A DNA stretch of 64,000 bases from Blepharisma stoltei ATCC 30299 (Eukaryota; Protista; Ciliophora): the NCBI GenBank assembly GCA_965603825.1, contig CBFDEM010000043.1:434001-498000 (forward strand), given 5' to 3'. This document shows positions 1 through 10,503 of the stretch, one piece after another. The translations under genes were made by a program, and so were the position numbers. The number at the start of each line of letters is the position of its first letter. The stretch's first letter is position 1. The notes beneath the pieces are model-generated. The model did no database searches. It was not told the origin of the DNA and saw nothing but the letters and a program-made list of their open reading frames with translations.

Positions 1-20
1 CTTCGCAGAAAATTTAAATT

Positions 21-542
21 ATGAGCTTCATCGACAGGCTAAATTTGACCCAATCAGTGTGGTTTTGCTGCATATACCCTAACTGCAGCAATCACTATAA
101 CACAAAGTTCAATCTGAAGCAACATATCGAAAATGTTCACCTAAAACTCAAGAAATATCAGTGCAAATACTGCCAAAAACTCCTTATTAGCAAGCAAAAC
201 CTTAAGGAACACTTAAATATTCATACAGAATCCACACCTTTTAAATGTAAGATTTGTGAAAAATCTTTTAGGCAAGCAAGTCAGCTTTCACTTCATAAGC
301 GAACTCACTCAGAGAATAACATAATAGCAATAAACCAAGAACAAACTAAAAAAAGAAATAAACAAGCAAAAGACTTCTATACCCCCGATGTATCGAAGTT
401 AGAGAGCAACTTTGTGATGACTCCTGTGCTACTAAACCTGCCTCTAATCAGAGATAGGAAGGAGTTTGGACAAAGATTGCCTGCTTTCACATCTATTAGT
501 AGAAAATCAAATCCATATATAATTAAAAACAAACTTCACTAA
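21..542 (+). CDS. C2H2 zinc-finger protein (3 fingers)
   Basis: CIYPNC..H...H, CKYC..H...H and CKIC..H...H fingers with a TESTPFKC linker; ends TAA. Confidence 0.9.
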   Translation: MSFIDRLNLTQSVWFCCIYPNCSNHYNTKFNLKQHIENVHLKLKKYQCKYCQKLLISKQNLKEHLNIHTESTPFKCKICEKSFRQASQLSLHKRTHSENNIIAINQEQTKKRNKQAKDFYTPDVSKLESNFVMTPVLLNLPLIRDRKEFGQRLPAFTSISRKSNPYIIKNKLH

Positions 543-981
543 GTAAAGCTAATAATAATAATGATTATTTTTGTCCTTAAATAAAATGGCAGCCTAGTGA
601 CTATAATTACGCTTAAAAGATGGAGAATGGGATAATAATGGCTGAGCATCAAAAAACATTTAAAAAATAATTTTTGGGTAATAATTTTGCAATAATATTT
701 ATTGAGATTTTTTATTGGCGCTGTTTTTATTCTTAATCGTTTTTCAAATATTTACGCATTAATACCATACAAGTTATAACTATTTTTAAATCCAATAATG
801 TTTTTAGTGATTTAAGCAGATAAGTCAAGATATAGAAAAAGAAAATTAAAATTTTTCAATTTTCGGGTTCATGTATTTTAACTCTGTTATGCAGCTATTT
901 CTCAAAAAACCCTTAGCTGGATATATTTAAATCTTAAAACCAAAGATATCCCATATCCAGTTAAAATAATCATTTTCGAAA

Positions 982-2154
982 ATGATTAAATATGCCTTAC
1001 TAGGAGGTGCAGCGTGAGTACTTTATCCAATTGCTGATAATAAAATTAAATTCTACCATGCTGAAACTCCTAAGAATAAACAGCTCATTGAATCTATTCC
1101 AACTCTAGCAAAAGGCTCATTTTTCCCAACTATTTGAATTCCTGGAGGATTCTTGCAAGCTCTTTTAGGTTCAGGAAGAACAAGGATGAAAAATGACTTA
1201 AAATTCACAGAAAGCGTGCTTTATCAAAGGGAGCTAATTACCTTAGAAGATGGTGGAACATATTCCGTTGATTGAGTAATGGGAAATGAAATGCCAGACA
1301 ATAATAAAATTTTACTAATTGTCCCTGGGCTAACTGGAGGAAGTGAGGCTCCTTATATCAAAAACCCTGTGAAGATTGCGCAAGATAAAGGCTATAGAGT
1401 TGGAGTAGTTCATGGAAGAGGCATATGTGGTACCCCATTAACCACTTTAAAACCAAACTTGCTTGGCGATTCAAAAGACTTGGGATTTGCCATTCAGCAT
1501 ATACACAAAAAATACCCTGATGCACCAATAGTTGCATTGGGAACTTCAATGGGTGGAAATTTAGTCCTAAAATATGCAGGAGAGTCTGGAAACGATTGTT
1601 TATTAAAAGGGATTTCAGTAATTTCAACACCATTTGATATAGCGATATGTGCCAGGTATCTAAAAAAAAATTGGCCAAAATCAAGGATAGCTGATATGTA
1701 TTTAACAAAAAGTATCCTTAATATGATAACTAGGCATGAAGATTTCTATGAAGCTTGGGAGAAAGACTTCGGTGTTAGCATGGATACTGCAATTAAAGTA
1801 GAAAGGAGTTTTGATTTTGATTTGCATTTCACTTGTAAAGTTTTAGGACACAACGATCCTGAAGATTATTATGAATACTCAAGCTGTGTTTCGTATTTAA
1901 ATAAAATCAAAGTTCCAGTTTTTGCATTGAGCTCTATGAATGATCCTGTAGTGACCAATAAATGCATACCATATGATGAATTTAAATCAAACCCTAATTT
2001 GATTTTAGCAGTCACCAGAACTGGAGGGCATATAGGCTGGTTTACAGGACAATTTAAAGCAGAAAGATGATATGCTCATCCAACTCTAGAGTTTTTAGAT
2101 AAAGCTATTGAGAATCCTCTTAATAAACTATCAATTTCCTTACAAAATAACTAA
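982..2154 (+). CDS. Alpha/beta hydrolase, ABHD1-3/YheT/EHT1-like
   Basis: The ORF 1279-2070 extends both ways when TGA=W: FFPTIW(TGA)IPGGFLQA, DGGTYSVDW(TGA), PGLTGGS, nucleophile GTSMGG, SMNDPVV, GGHIGW; ends TAA 2152-2154. Confidence 0.9.
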
Positions 2155-2266
2155 CAAATTATCTAGCTTTTCACAATAATAATTACTTAAAATATATTTT
2201 ATCAAATTCTGGTCTAATCTGGCAGAGTTTTACTATAAATAGAACCCAGTCTCTTCTGTTTAAGAA

Positions 2267-3445
2267 ATGGCAGACTCAGCAATAAAAAACGAAGAAGAGA
2301 AAAAAGAATATTTCGACACTCCTGAGGAGCTTGAAGCAAAAATAGAACAACTAGCCTTATGGGTCCGTGAAGCATCTCACTTTATAGCTTTTACTGGAGC
2401 TGGAATATCCACATCAGCAGGAATTCCTGATTTTAGAAGCGGTTACAACACAGTATTACAAACAGGGCCTGGAGCCTGGGAAAAGAAAGCGCAAGGCAAG
2501 AAAACCAAACAGACTCATCATGTCACTTCAACGAAAGCAGTCCCCACACAAACCCACATGTCTTTTGTCAAACTTATGGAAATCGGCCTACTTAAGCACC
2601 TAGTAAGCCAAAATACTGATGGTCTCCATAGGAGAAGTGGCATCCCAACTGATAAATTGTCAGAACTCCATGGAAACACAAATCTGGAAGTCTGCACAAC
2701 TTGCAAAAAAGAATATATGAGAGACTTCAGAGTCAGAACTGCTCAGCATGTTCATGAGCATCTTACTGGGAGAAGATGTGATAATCCTCAATGCAATGGA
2801 CAGCTGAAGGACACTATTATTAACTTTGGAGAAAATTTAGAGGAAGATATTATTGATCGTGGATTTCGAAATGGAGCTGAAGCAGATTTATGCCTAGCTA
2901 TGGGGTCAAGTCTGAGAGTAACTCCTGCTGCTGATATTCCAAAAAATGTAAGCAAACATGGAAGGCTTGTAATCGTGAATCTTCAAAAAACTCCTTTAGA
3001 TGGCCGAGCAGCTTTGCAAATTCACGCTTTTTGTGACACTGTTATGCAATTGCTGATGGAAAAGCTCGGATTAGAAATTCCATCATTTAAATTAGTAAGA
3101 AGACTTAAAATATCTAGAGGAAAAGAAGTGGTCAAAGGAAACCTTAAAGATTTTTTGTATTTCCAAGGCGTTGACAGCAACAACGCTCCTTATACACTAT
3201 TCCCTATGATTCAAGTCACAAAAGGAGCAGATAAAACTGAATTAAAAAAGGAGCCTATGAAATATTTCCAAGATAGACTAAACGGGAACTATCAAATAAA
3301 AGTGAACTTCCAAGGACATTATCAAGAGCCTCCTGTAGATATAACACTAAACTCAGCTTCAATTAGCGACGACTCTTATAAGTTGTACGTTATGACTTTC
3401 GACCCAACAAGAAAACTATGGGAAAGTGTAAATGAAATAAATTAA
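2267..3445 (+). CDS. NAD-dependent deacylase, sirtuin class IV (SIRT6/7-like), copy 1
   Basis: FTGAGISTSAGIPDFR, SQNTDGLH, ELHGN, CxxC...CxxxxC zinc module, GSSL, VNLQKTPLD. Confidence 0.95.
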   Translation: MADSAIKNEEEKKEYFDTPEELEAKIEQLALWVREASHFIAFTGAGISTSAGIPDFRSGYNTVLQTGPGAWEKKAQGKKTKQTHHVTSTKAVPTQTHMSFVKLMEIGLLKHLVSQNTDGLHRRSGIPTDKLSELHGNTNLEVCTTCKKEYMRDFRVRTAQHVHEHLTGRRCDNPQCNGQLKDTIINFGENLEEDIIDRGFRNGAEADLCLAMGSSLRVTPAADIPKNVSKHGRLVIVNLQKTPLDGRAALQIHAFCDTVMQLLMEKLGLEIPSFKLVRRLKISRGKEVVKGNLKDFLYFQGVDSNNAPYTLFPMIQVTKGADKTELKKEPMKYFQDRLNGNYQIKVNFQGHYQEPPVDITLNSASISDDSYKLYVMTFDPTRKLWESVNEIN

Positions 3446-3632
3446 TCAAAATATTTTGCTTTATAATAATCAACGATTGTTTCAGCTTTGCTTTCATTGG
3501 TTTCTTCAAATTTTTCAGCCTCATATGCTGCTTCAAGCTTGTCAAGGATTTCTTCTATTGATAAGTTTAGTCTTCCAGAAATGGATCTGTATAAAACATT
3601 TCGTCTGAACCTTTATGGCTTGGGATTTTCCC
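3442..3632 (-). pseudogene. Orphan duplicated 3' fragment of the Myb gene
   Basis: Near-identical to 4952-5143 (Myb C-terminus), has no 5' part, and carries an extra 1-nt deletion near 3612. Confidence 0.8.
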
Positions 3633-3777
3633 AATAAGCTTTCAATTTCCTTGAAAAATAACTAACAAATTATCTAGCTTTTCACAATAATAATTATTTA
3701 AAATAGATTTGGTCAAATTCTGGTCTAATCTGGTAAAGTTTTACTAAATATAGAAATCAGTCTCTTCTATTTAAGAA

Positions 3778-4955
3778 ATGGCAGACTCAGCAATAAAAAG
3801 CGAAGAAGAGAAAAAAGAATATTTCGACACTCCTGAGGAGCTTGAAGCAAAAGTAGAACAACTAGCCTTATGGGTCCGTCAAGCATCTCATTTATAGTGT
3901 TTACTGGAGCTGGAATATCCACATCAGCAGGAATTCCTGATTTTAGAAGCGGCTACAACACAGTATTACAAACAGGGCCTGGAATCTGGGAAAAGAAAGC
4001 GCAAGACAAGAAAATACCAAACGCTCATCATGTCGCTTCAATTAAAGCAATCCCTACACAAACCCACATGTCTTTTGTCAAATTTATGGAAATCAGCCTA
4101 CGTAAGCACTTAGTAAGCCAAAATACTGATGGTCTACTCAGAAGAAGTGGGATCCCAATTGATAAATTGTCAGAACTCCATGGAAACACAAATCTAGAAG
4201 TCTGCACAACTTGCAAAAAAGAATATATGAGAGACTTCAGAGTCAGAACTGCTCAGAAAGTTCATGACCATCTTACTGGAAGAAGATGTGACAACCCGCA
4301 ATGCAATGGACAGCTGAAGGACACTATCATTAACTTTGGAGAAAATTTAGATGCAGATGTTATTGATCGTGGATTTCGAAATGGGGCTGAAGCAGATTTA
4401 TGTCTAGCTATGGGGTCAAGTCTGAGGGTAACTCCTGCTGTTAATATTCCAGAAGATGTAAGTAATCATGGAAGGCTTGTAATTGTGAATCTTCAAAAAA
4501 CTCCTTTAGATGGCCGAGCAGCTTTACAAATTCACGCTTTTTGCGACACTGTTATGCAATTTTTGATGGAAAAGCTCGGATTAGAAATTCCATCATTTAA
4601 ATTAGTAAGAAGACTTAAAATATCTAGAGGAAGAGAAGTGGTCGAAGGAAACCTTAAAGATTTTTTGTATTTCCAAGGCGTTGACAGCAACGACTCTCCT
4701 TATACATTATTTCCTATGATTCAAGTCACAAAAGAAACAGATAAAACTGAATTAAAAAAGGAGCCTATGAAATATTTCCAAGATAGACTAAACGGGAACT
4801 ATCAAATAAAAGTGAACTTCCAAGGACATTACGAAGAACCTCCTGTAGATATCACATTAGACTCAGCTTTAATTAGCGACGACTCTTATAAGTTGTACGT
4901 TATGACTTTCGACCCAACAAGAAAACTATGGGAAAGTGTTAATGAAATAAATTAA
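3778..4955 (+). pseudogene. Sirtuin class IV copy 2, frameshifted (pseudogene, N-truncated variant or assembly indel)
   Basis: The ATG at 3778 matches copy 1, but CAC TTT ATA becomes CAT TTA TAG (1-nt loss, stop 3895-3897). The downstream frame is intact; substitutions include GLHRRSG>GLLRRSG and GLLKH>SLRKH. Confidence 0.75.
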
Positions 4956-5944
4956 TCAAAATATTTTGCTTTATAATAATCAACGATTGTTTCAGCTTTG
5001 CTTTCATTGGTTTCTTCAAGTTTTTCAGCCTCATATGCTGCTTCAAGCTTGTCAAGGACTTCTTCTATAGATAAGTTTAGTCTTCCAGAAATTGCTCTGT
5101 ATAAAACATTTCATCTGAATCTGTTTTGACTTGGGATTTTGCCATTATGTATTTTTGAAAAATCTATATCATTGCGATCTGCTGGGCTTTGTTTTCTGAT
5201 ACCTCGAATTAGCCTCCTGTCTTCTTTTTCAGAAAAGTTTTCAGTCCCTGTTATCCTTCCATACAAAAATGGGCCCCATTTGTGGCGGCAGTCAACTGAC
5301 GATCTAGTGACTAATATTTCGCTGATTCTTTCCCAATTTATATCTTTTTTAGCAAGTTTGCCTTTAATTGGTTCAATATATTCTTGCAATTGCCTGATAA
5401 CTATGTCTTCATTTGATATATCAAATTCTTTCAAATTTAAAGGTGTTAGCCCTGAGTCCTTAATAATCAAATTAACTAGCTCCAAAATTTCTTCAGCACT
5501 TCACGGTCCTTTTTTTCTGCTTTCTTTATTTTTTGCACCCATTTGTTTTCACTTATCTTTACAGTTTAATGCAGTTCTTTGAATGGCTTCCCCAATTTCT
5601 TTCCATCTATTTCCGTTCTTTTCTACTAGTCTTATAAGCTCTTGCTCTTCCCATAACTCTCATTTCCCTTTATAGTTGAGAGGGTTAAAATTACGTTTGC
5701 AAGCATTGTGAACGGATTGGACACTTCGTTCAGGAAAATGTTTGGCAAGTTTGGTTCATACTTTAGAGAATTCATCAGGGGTTGTGTCTTCACATATGCT
5801 TGAAAGCTGCTCTGGAGTAAGCTTGTGGCGATGGGCATATTTGCATAATTCTCTACGTAATTTGCTGAGTTCTTTTGTTGTTCACTTGCCTGTGGTTAGT
5901 TTTGAGCTCTTTTTGTGGTCATTTCAGCTTCTTTTCGAGTCCAT
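4952..5944 (-). CDS. Myb/SANT repeat protein, Reb1/TTF1/DMTF1-like
   Basis: One frame with TGA=W: TGKWTTKE, SKVWTKLAKHFPERSVQSV, YKGKWELWEEQELIRLVEKNGNRWKEIG..RTALNCKDKW, KKGPWSAEE, INWERIS..TRSSVDCRHKW; ends TAA 4952-4954. Confidence 0.9.
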
Positions 5945-6276
5945 AATAATTTAAGAGTAAAAGTAATAGGTAATTGGAAAATGAGTATAGTAGTTAACAG
6001 GCTTTTCAGAACTTTTGCGGTAAGTTAAAGGCGAATTTTTAAGATAAAAGTATCATTATTAAACTGCTAAATTTAATGCTAATTTTATAATTAATTTATG
6101 TTTTAAGCTTAGAATAAAGAAATAAGCCTTTTGCAATATTTCCAAATAAAAATCTATACAATATACCTAAAATCCCGCTTTAAAATTTTGAATCTTAGTG
6201 ATAAAATATTCAGCACTTTTTCATAAATTATTTATCCATCATATATACCATTTCTTTTCTTCTTTATAAAAATTAA

Positions 6277-6657
6277 ATGGGAATACCTCCGCCGCACTGC
6301 ATATGGAGAAGAATCGTGAAAAACTACTTCAAAAAGGCACTGCCATCTACCCTAGATGAAACAGTAATTGCAGGAGAAAAGCTTGAGAAATCATGGGAAA
6401 AGTATGGAATGGATGCATATGAGTCAAGACTTGCTGAAGAAGAATACATGCAGTCTATAGAGCAAGACATGATTCTTCACAAATTCTTGAAGAGATTTAG
6501 CTACAAAAAATATGTGAATGGATTTTTGGTTCATGCTGGCACTAAGTATGACAATAGAGGGCATGACAGATTGAAGACTCATTTTGTTCCTACCACTCCT
6601 AAGTTCAGATTAGAAGGCATTCAATTAGAGAGTTGGAAAAAGAATAAGGTTCTTTAA
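6277..6657 (+). CDS. Hypothetical basic protein (126 aa)
   Basis: Clean ATG-TAA ORF with coding-like composition in AT-rich flanks; only a weak, unverified resemblance to a CHCH/mS37-like helix pair. Confidence 0.65.
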   Translation: MGIPPPHCIWRRIVKNYFKKALPSTLDETVIAGEKLEKSWEKYGMDAYESRLAEEEYMQSIEQDMILHKFLKRFSYKKYVNGFLVHAGTKYDNRGHDRLKTHFVPTTPKFRLEGIQLESWKKNKVL

Positions 6658-6951
6658 GATTTATTTGAGAATTATTTAGCTGAATTAAAAATAATAAGTA
6701 ATGAGTACAGGGATATTTAAATTCATAAAATAGCAGCAGTTATTGGTAAAAGATAAGGCTAAATTGATTATTTAATATAAAAAATGTTAATAGCGCTCTT
6801 TGTAAAATAAAAAATACTTTAACTACTAGTATACCAGCAGTACTTAAAAAATGTTAAGATACTGAATAGGATTTTTCTTAGATGCAATTAAGGATAGCTT
6901 CTTAAATTAATTCTTATATTGAGTCTACCTACCAAAATATGTATTAAAATA

Positions 6952-9900
6952 TTAATCATCTGATACCATGAGTTGATGCTTCATCAATAAATTCTCACTT
7001 TCCAGGAGCTTGATCCTAGAAATTTGTTTTTGCAACTCTTTTTCTCTGATAGTGCTTTCTGAAGTAGTTGCCAGCAAATCATTTTGAAGCTTGCTTATAA
7101 GCGAGACTACTTCATCTCCAACATCAAATTCATTAATGTTCTCCGGTACAAATGGAGCTAGTTTTGATATAATTTCTTTGAACTCTTTAGCTTGGCTTTC
7201 AATTGCTGAAACACTGCTTAAAGTTGAGTTCAAGCTTTCTGAGCCGCTTTGTTCTTTTGCTTCAATTTCGTGCTTTAATAAATCATATCTTTTTTGAATT
7301 GCATCAAGCTTATCTGTTTTTTTCCTTAATTCTTCTCTTAAGCTGTAATTTTGCTCTTTCAGTTTATTGCTTTCTTCTTTCATTCTTTCATGAAGCTTGA
7401 TTTTCTGATTCAAATTGTTATGGCCTACAAGTTTTGCCAGCTCTTTAGATAAGTTTGCGTTCTCAGCCTTTAATCTTTCATTATCTTTGCAATAAGACTC
7501 CAGTTGAGATCTGTAGCTTTCGTTTTCTTCAGTTAAAAATATTTCTCTTTTCTGTAGATTTTTTAAATCGTATATCATATTTTCTTTGTTTTGAAGTGAA
7601 AGCTTAAGCTCTTCATTGAGTTTTTTGTTTTTGTCATGGACTTGGTCTATTTTATTCTTCAAACCTTCAAGTTCTTCTTTTATTTCTGCTGATTGATTAA
7701 ATGATAAGCTTTCAATTTCTTTGTTTAATGCTGAAATTTGACTGAATTGTTCAAGAATTGTCTTTTTAGCTTCAGCTAAGGAGGCTTTGACTTGGACATT
7801 TTCTGAGCTGAGGTTTTCAAGCTGGTTTTTTGTGCTTCCCAATTCTTCTTCATAGTAGTTTTTCGCTTTCATAAGATCTTTTTCAATTGTAGAAAACTCT
7901 AGTTTCATATTTTGATACTGAGAATTTTCTTTTTTCAGAGCTTCTATTTCTTGATTCTGTTTTGATATTTCCAAACTAAGGCTTTCAAGCTTTGCTTTAG
8001 AGCTCTTTAACTCTTCTTCATAAGATAGCTTTACTTTCATGAAATCGCTTTCAATAATGTCAAACTCCTGCTTCATATTTTTATATTGTGAGTTTTCTTT
8101 CTTTAGTTCAATTATTTCTTTGTTCTGATTTTCTATTTCACAGCTAAGGCCTTCAATCTTTGCTTTTGCGCTGCCCAATTCTGCTTCATATGAATTTTTT
8201 ACTTTCAAAAATTCGTTCTCAATTAAAGCAAACTCTTGCTTCATTTCTTTATACTGCGCATTTTCATTCTTTAGCCCTTGCAGTTCTTTATTCTGCTTTG
8301 CTATCTCCTCATTTAGGTTTTCAAGTTTTGTTCTGGTGCTATCCAGCTCCTCTTCATACCAATCTAACGAGTTTTTTGCTTTCAAAAGATCTTCTTCAAT
8401 GACAGCAAACTGCAATTCCATATCTTTGAACTGAGAATTCTCTTTCTTCAGTTCTTGGATTTCTTGGTTTTGTTTTGATATCTTAGTTTCTAAGTCTCTA
8501 ATATTATCTTCTTTATTTGCAATTTCATCATTTAATACTCCTATTTCAAATATAAATTTCTGGAAAATTTTATCTTGTGCGATTTTATCTTCATTTTTAT
8601 CAGAAATTTTATTGTCTTTTTGGGAGACACCAAAAGGTTTGACATTTTCTTCTAAATTGCTTATAAGTGTGATATCAAATTGGTCAGCTTCAAAATCAGC
8701 TAGCATTGTTTCATTTGCTTTTGGATTCATAGCTAAGTCTTTTTCAGCTTGAGCGTTCAAATAATAAGCAAAGCTTTGAGAAAGATCTTCGATTTTTGGT
8801 GTGGCATCATGGGGTGATTGGTTTCCTTTTCCCTTAAAACTTGCATATTGGTTTAATAGAACTCGAAGCTGTTCTCTCTCAACTGCACTTTTTTTGAGGC
8901 TTAGCTGTAGCTTTTCAGAGAATTCTTGGTTCTCTCTCAGTCTTTTTCTGAGTGAGCAGGAATCTTCTTTGATTTCTTGATCTAAAGCTCTGATATGATC
9001 TTTCAAAGCTTGATTTTCTACAAACAGCTTTGACGCGATATGGTGATTTTCATTTTCTCTTTTAAGTATTGCTATCTCTTCTTTCAGTTCTTGGATCTCT
9101 GCACTTTCATCTCTTTTTTCTTCTTTTTGTAGCCTTTGGATTGTATCTTGTCGGAATTTTATGATCATTTTATCAGACTCAATTTTATTCTCGTATTTTT
9201 CAATTGTGTTCATCAATTCTTTTATATAAGATTCTCTTTTTCCAATCTCATTTTGCAAGGCAGACTCGCTCTGCAGCCTGATTTTCATATTTTGTTCAAG
9301 TAAGGACTCAAACTCTTTAACTCTGTCATTAAGGACCATTAATGAATAATCAGAGGTGGAGCATTCTTTTGAGTTAATTTTTGCTTCTTTCAGCTTTAGC
9401 TGCAATTTTTTGATTTCTTCTCTAAGCTCTGTTATAGTTCCTAAAGTGTCCACATTTGCAATGGCGGAGTTCTTGACCATTTTGGCCCTTTCAGCAAATC
9501 TCAGGGTGGAAAGTGTTTCTCCATAGGCTGCTGATGAAGAGCTTACATTGGCAATGATGCAAGTCTTTGAGTTTCCTCCTAAAGAGTCCTTTAATAAAAA
9601 TGTAAGCTTTGAGTCTCTATAATGGACATGTCTATTTTTTCCTTCTGAAATATCGACAAGAGAGTTTATCACGTTTCCTAGGACTGATAAAGATTTATTT
9701 ATCATCCCTGCTTCTTTTAGTCTTTCTCCCATAGTTTCAGTAGACTTCTGTCTTTCAGATCCAGCTAAATCAATTAAATGAAAAAGACTTGACCTTAAAT
9801 TCCAGACATTGTCTTGCTTTTCCTTACTTTCAATTGCTAGTGTAAAAACTGAATGAGACCTTGAGCTTTCTTTATTCATTGAAGTCGCCCCAACATGCCG

Positions 9901-10503
9901 ATTTCTTATCCCTTTATATAGCAATTCCAAAGTTTCTTCATAGTTAGCTACTGTTTCTTGCTGCAAATTGTCTACATAAACCCCTTTTTTAACATCCTCC
10001 CTAACCTGCAAGTTCTTTTGGTCTGATAGCAAGTCGTTAATCTGCTCATTATAAATTTCTAAAAATGAGCATTTTATTAAGAACTCTAGCCCACTACACC
10101 TTTTTATTTCCTTTTTAACTGAGCTGAAAATAAATTCTATAGATCTTGGTAATAGCCCTCTTTGAGTAGATTCAATATCATTGACATCTAATGTAGATGG
10201 GCCAAGGATGGTAAATGTTTTTCCTGCACCAGTTTGTCCATATGCAAAGATCGTACCATTGTAGCCTGCAAGGCAGCTTGAGGCTATTGGCATCCCGATT
10301 ACTTCGAATATTTCTTCTTGTGTAATATCTTCATCACCCACAAAATCATATATAAAAGGCTTTGGAGTTGGCTTTGAATCTAGGGTGATTTTATTTGAAG
10401 AAATGTCGACTTCTAGGCATCGGTTGCCTGAGAAGTCTTCTCTTTCCTTTGTGTTTTGAGGGCGAACTCTGACAGCTACTTTCACGTTGTCATTTTCGGG
10501 CAT
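6952..10503 (-). CDS. Kinesin-12 (KIF15/Xklp2-like) motor protein
   Basis: N-terminal motor (GQTGAGKT, SSRSHS, DLAGSE, HVHYRDSKLT), long coiled coil, and the KIF15/HMMR-type C-terminal motif LVGHNNLNQKI. Confidence 0.92.
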   Translation of the reverse strand: MPENDNVKVAVRVRPQNTKEREDFSGNRCLEVDISSNKITLDSKPTPKPFIYDFVGDEDITQEEIFEVIGMPIASSCLAGYNGTIFAYGQTGAGKTFTILGPSTLDVNDIESTQRGLLPRSIEFIFSSVKKEIKRCSGLEFLIKCSFLEIYNEQINDLLSDQKNLQVREDVKKGVYVDNLQQETVANYEETLELLYKGIRNRHVGATSMNKESSRSHSVFTLAIESKEKQDNVWNLRSSLFHLIDLAGSERQKSTETMGERLKEAGMINKSLSVLGNVINSLVDISEGKNRHVHYRDSKLTFLLKDSLGGNSKTCIIANVSSSSAAYGETLSTLRFAERAKMVKNSAIANVDTLGTITELREEIKKLQLKLKEAKINSKECSTSDYSLMVLNDRVKEFESLLEQNMKIRLQSESALQNEIGKRESYIKELMNTIEKYENKIESDKMIIKFRQDTIQRLQKEEKRDESAEIQELKEEIAILKRENENHHIASKLFVENQALKDHIRALDQEIKEDSCSLRKRLRENQEFSEKLQLSLKKSAVEREQLRVLLNQYASFKGKGNQSPHDATPKIEDLSQSFAYYLNAQAEKDLAMNPKANETMLADFEADQFDITLISNLEENVKPFGVSQKDNKISDKNEDKIAQDKIFQKFIFEIGVLNDEIANKEDNIRDLETKISKQNQEIQELKKENSQFKDMELQFAVIEEDLLKAKNSLDWYEEELDSTRTKLENLNEEIAKQNKELQGLKNENAQYKEMKQEFALIENEFLKVKNSYEAELGSAKAKIEGLSCEIENQNKEIIELKKENSQYKNMKQEFDIIESDFMKVKLSYEEELKSSKAKLESLSLEISKQNQEIEALKKENSQYQNMKLEFSTIEKDLMKAKNYYEEELGSTKNQLENLSSENVQVKASLAEAKKTILEQFSQISALNKEIESLSFNQSAEIKEELEGLKNKIDQVHDKNKKLNEELKLSLQNKENMIYDLKNLQKREIFLTEENESYRSQLESYCKDNERLKAENANLSKELAKLVGHNNLNQKIKLHERMKEESNKLKEQNYSLREELRKKTDKLDAIQKRYDLLKHEIEAKEQSGSESLNSTLSSVSAIESQAKEFKEIISKLAPFVPENINEFDVGDEVVSLISKLQNDLLATTSESTIREKELQKQISRIKLLESENLLMKHQLMVSDD
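7798..8478 (-). repeat. Four tandem ~56-aa (168-nt) repeats in the kinesin stalk
   Basis: xxQN(Q/K)E...LKxEN(S/A)Q(Y/F)..M..xF..IE....K.K..YE.EL.S....(L/I)E.L..E occurs four times (59+56+56+56 aa). Confidence 0.9.

Larger units (their letters stand above)
2122..5143. repeat. Direct tandem duplication, unit ~1510 bp (about 2122-3632 and 3633-5143)
   Basis: High identity covers the upstream spacer, the sirtuin CDS and ~190 bp downstream; the offset is 1511 at the ATGs (2267/3778) and 1510 at the stops (3445/4955). Confidence 0.95.

Noticed and set aside
5981-6276. MSIVVNRLFRTFA followed by GTAAGT as a first exon (or retained IES) for the 6277 ORF
   Set aside because: No 15-16-nt intron fits, there is no AG acceptor in frame before 6277, an in-frame TAA precedes that ATG, and the TA-TA excisions I tried did not restore the frame.
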